Positions 62,083 through 64,000 of a stretch of 64,000 bases of DNA are shown here, one piece after another. This stretch comes from Hyalangium minutum. GTDB taxonomy: Bacteria > Myxococcota > Myxococcia > Myxococcales > Myxococcaceae. The stretch is taken from positions 62,001-126,000 of the forward strand of contig NZ_JMCB01000008.1 in the NCBI RefSeq assembly GCF_000737315.1, in the 5' to 3' direction. The position numbers and the translations under genes were made by a program. Position 1 is the stretch's first letter; every line of letters begins with the position of its first letter. The notes under the pieces are model-generated. The model was given only the letters and a program-made list of their open reading frames with translations, was not told the DNA's origin and did not search any database.

Positions 62083-62096
62083 AGGGCATATGCCCT
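62083..62096. promoter_or_regulatory. Perfect 14-bp palindrome upstream of hsp20
   Basis: AGGGCATATGCCCT. Confidence 0.45.
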
Positions 62097-62138
62097 GGGG
62101 TGCAGGAGCCTTGTTGGAATCAGGCTCGGCTCCCTACC

Positions 62139-62351
62139 TCATGGGTTTATCTGCACGGTGGGCTCTTCAACCTCCCTGCCCAACCCGGGGCGCAGATCGA
62201 ACGCCCTGCAGCCGCTGGCTCCAAAGACCTTCAGCTCGAAGCGCGAGAGCTCTGGATGAAGGCACCGTGCTTCTTCGCTCGCCACGGGTCTGCGAGAGAG
62301 ACTCGCGAAGTATTTGCAGTTCTGGCAGTGCCCCCAGTTTCGGTCGGTCAT
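62139..62351 (-). CDS. Small 4-Cys protein with HiPIP-like Cys spacing
   Basis: Strong AAAGGAGG RBS; CQNCKYF...RC...GASGCRAF. Confidence 0.7.
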   Translation of the reverse strand: MTDRNWGHCQNCKYFASLSRRPVASEEARCLHPELSRFELKVFGASGCRAFDLRPGLGREVEEPTVQINP

Positions 62352-62542
62352 GGTTCTTGCCACCTCCTTTCTGCAAGCTGGACGGTGTGGGCGGAGGCGC
62401 CAACTCGTGGCGGACAGGTCCAGCGGTCCCTCCTTGCACCTGCTCGGCACGATCCCACCCGCAAGCATCCGCGCGAACGGTCGCACGGCGCACCTCTCAC
62501 GCCTCTCCAGTGCAGCTGGGCGGATCGCAACGCGCCGCCCCA

Positions 62543-63140
62543 TGACCGAAGACCATGGCCGTCTGGCCCAGCACTTCGCGCCGCTTCATCTCCTCCCATA
62601 GCTCTAGCCCCTCGCGTGAGCGCTCGCCGATGCCAGCAAACACCGCGACGCCACGCAGGTGCTCCACCGCATTGCGGATGAACTCCGTCAGGATGATTGT
62701 CTTGCCGACCCCCGCGCCGCCAAAGACCGCCGCTCGCCCGCCGTGGGTGAAGGGAGAGAACAGGGCGATGGCCTTGATGCCCGTCGGGTAGAGCTGTCCC
62801 GCCCGTTGGAGCTGCGATGCCCTCGGTGGTGCACGATAGAGCGAGGCCCGCTGGAGCCCCTGGAGCGGCAGGCCGCCATCGAGCACCCGTCCGTGGAGAT
62901 CAATGACCCGGCCCAGCAGCTCGGAACCCACCGGCACAGTCAGTGGCGAGCCTTCGCTGACCACCGGATAACCCCGGCGCAGTCCTCGAGTCGAATCGAG
63001 TGCGCTCCATCCAGCTGACAATGAAGGGCCGATGCCAGCGGAGGCACCTGGTTCTGGAAGCGAACATCCACCACCGTGCCGCGCACCGCGACGACCTGGC
63101 CTTGGAACCGGGGGCTCTGTGAGGGCAGCTGGAAGGCCAT
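62543..63140 (-). pseudogene. atpD: Alternative F-type ATP synthase beta subunit, frameshifted and truncated
   Basis: GQVVAVRGTVVDVRF in one frame; after a break near 63004, ALDSTRGLRRG...TGIK...GGAGVGKT (Walker A)...GIGERSREG...MVFG, ending near 62543. Confidence 0.85.
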
Positions 63141-63168
63141 CGACACACCCGTCCACTCTTCCAATGCC

Positions 63169-63846
63169 TCATGCGCTCACTGTGGCTTCCATGGGCTTGT
63201 CGAGCCCGGCCTCCAAGGCTTCCGCGCGCTGCCGGATGCCCAACAACATCTTCCGCTCCATCAAGAAGTGAAGAGGGCCCAGGAAGAAGGCAACGAGTGG
63301 ATCTCCCGGTCTCCAGAAGTAGCTGGTGCGGACGCGGGAGACCATGCGCGTGAACCCGTTTTGCGGATAGAGCCCCAACGACCAGCTCACCTGGGACTGC
63401 CCTGGCGGCTCCTCGGGACGGGAACCGACCACCAGCGAGCCATAGGGCTCCACGGCCCTCACCGGCAAGTGCAGGCCGCGGCCCGTCGGAATCGTGTCTC
63501 CTGGCTCCAGCGTCTGGAACTCGGGCAGCAAGTGCTCCACGGTGGAGATGCGAAGCCCCGCCAGCCGCTCCATCCACTCGTAGCTGTAGAAGCCCTGGGA
63601 CCCCACCCCAAGCCGAACCAGCCAGGGCCAGATCGCCTCCGGTCGCGCGCGGACGGTAATGGCACGGTTCGAGACGTAGAAGGGCCTCTGTACCAGCTCG
63701 TCGCCGGGCATGGGACGCGTGAACTCCTCCTGAGTGGCTCCCCATCTCAAGTGCCAGGGACGCAGGATGAGCCAGTAGGCGGCGAGTCCACCCGTGCCCA
63801 CGGCGGTCAGCACGCTGGCGAAGCGGAGTCTCTTGTCGCGGCGCAT
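63169..63846 (-). CDS. SRPBCC/START-like hypothetical protein with N-terminal TM
   Basis: RPWHLRWGAT...PGDELV, IWPWLV, FYSYEW, HFLMERKMLLGIRQRAE; GAGGAGG RBS. Confidence 0.75.
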   Translation of the reverse strand: MRRDKRLRFASVLTAVGTGGLAAYWLILRPWHLRWGATQEEFTRPMPGDELVQRPFYVSNRAITVRARPEAIWPWLVRLGVGSQGFYSYEWMERLAGLRISTVEHLLPEFQTLEPGDTIPTGRGLHLPVRAVEPYGSLVVGSRPEEPPGQSQVSWSLGLYPQNGFTRMVSRVRTSYFWRPGDPLVAFFLGPLHFLMERKMLLGIRQRAEALEAGLDKPMEATVSA

Positions 63847-64000
63847 GGCATCCTCCTCGGCACGTCGAACGAGCTGCCCTGAGATTGGGAGATGGCTTGC
63901 CTCCCTGCCATGGGACGAGGGGGAGGGTCAGCCGGCCTGGCGCATGGCGCTGTCCCTCACCCTGGAGTACGAGCCATGCGTCGACCGTGGATGCGCCCGC

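Noticed and set aside
36875-63900. FNR/FixK (TTGAT-N4-ATCAA), DosR-type or sigma54 sites in island promoters
   Set aside because: No convincing match found by eye. Near-matches (e.g. TGGTGC-N5-TTGT before hsp20) lack the -12 GC and sit too close to the RBS.

Overview
High-GC myxobacterial (Cystobacterineae-like) chromosomal window with three zones. (1) 1-20 kb is a co-directional minus-strand housekeeping run: yceD-rpmF-fabH-fabD-fabG-acpP-fabF-rpiB-glyA-nrdR-ribD-ribE-ribBA-ribH-nusB, an isolated M17-peptidase N-domain gene, then a receptor-less chemosensory cluster (cheY-cheA-cheW-cheW-HEAT-cheR-cheB). (2) 20-35 kb is a plus-strand phosphate locus: two PhoB/PhoP-type regulators, a PhoR kinase, phosphatases, a porin and pstSCAB-phoU, with four PHO-box-like 11-bp-period repeats. 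It is followed by a putative lipoprotein nuclease toxin plus immunity pair (35.0-36.4 kb) that converges on the 3' end of tRNA-Arg(CCG). (3) 36.9-64 kb is an accessory region that looks like a low-oxygen/fermentation module: group 3b [NiFe]-hydrogenase with hyp genes, acsA-pdhA, PEP synthase, Zn alcohol dehydrogenase, Hsp20, two P-type ATPases, a CLC-CBS channel, an alternative atpD and a small HiPIP-like 4-Cys protein. Six apparent deletion junctions are visible: a glycosyltransferase stub after phoU, a TSUP::DUF1634 fusion, a head-on CBS/pdhA truncation, loss of the hydrogenase gamma/delta subunits, and two breaks in atpD. All product calls come from motif recognition by eye; no database searches were run. 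Assembly artefacts cannot be excluded for the junctions.
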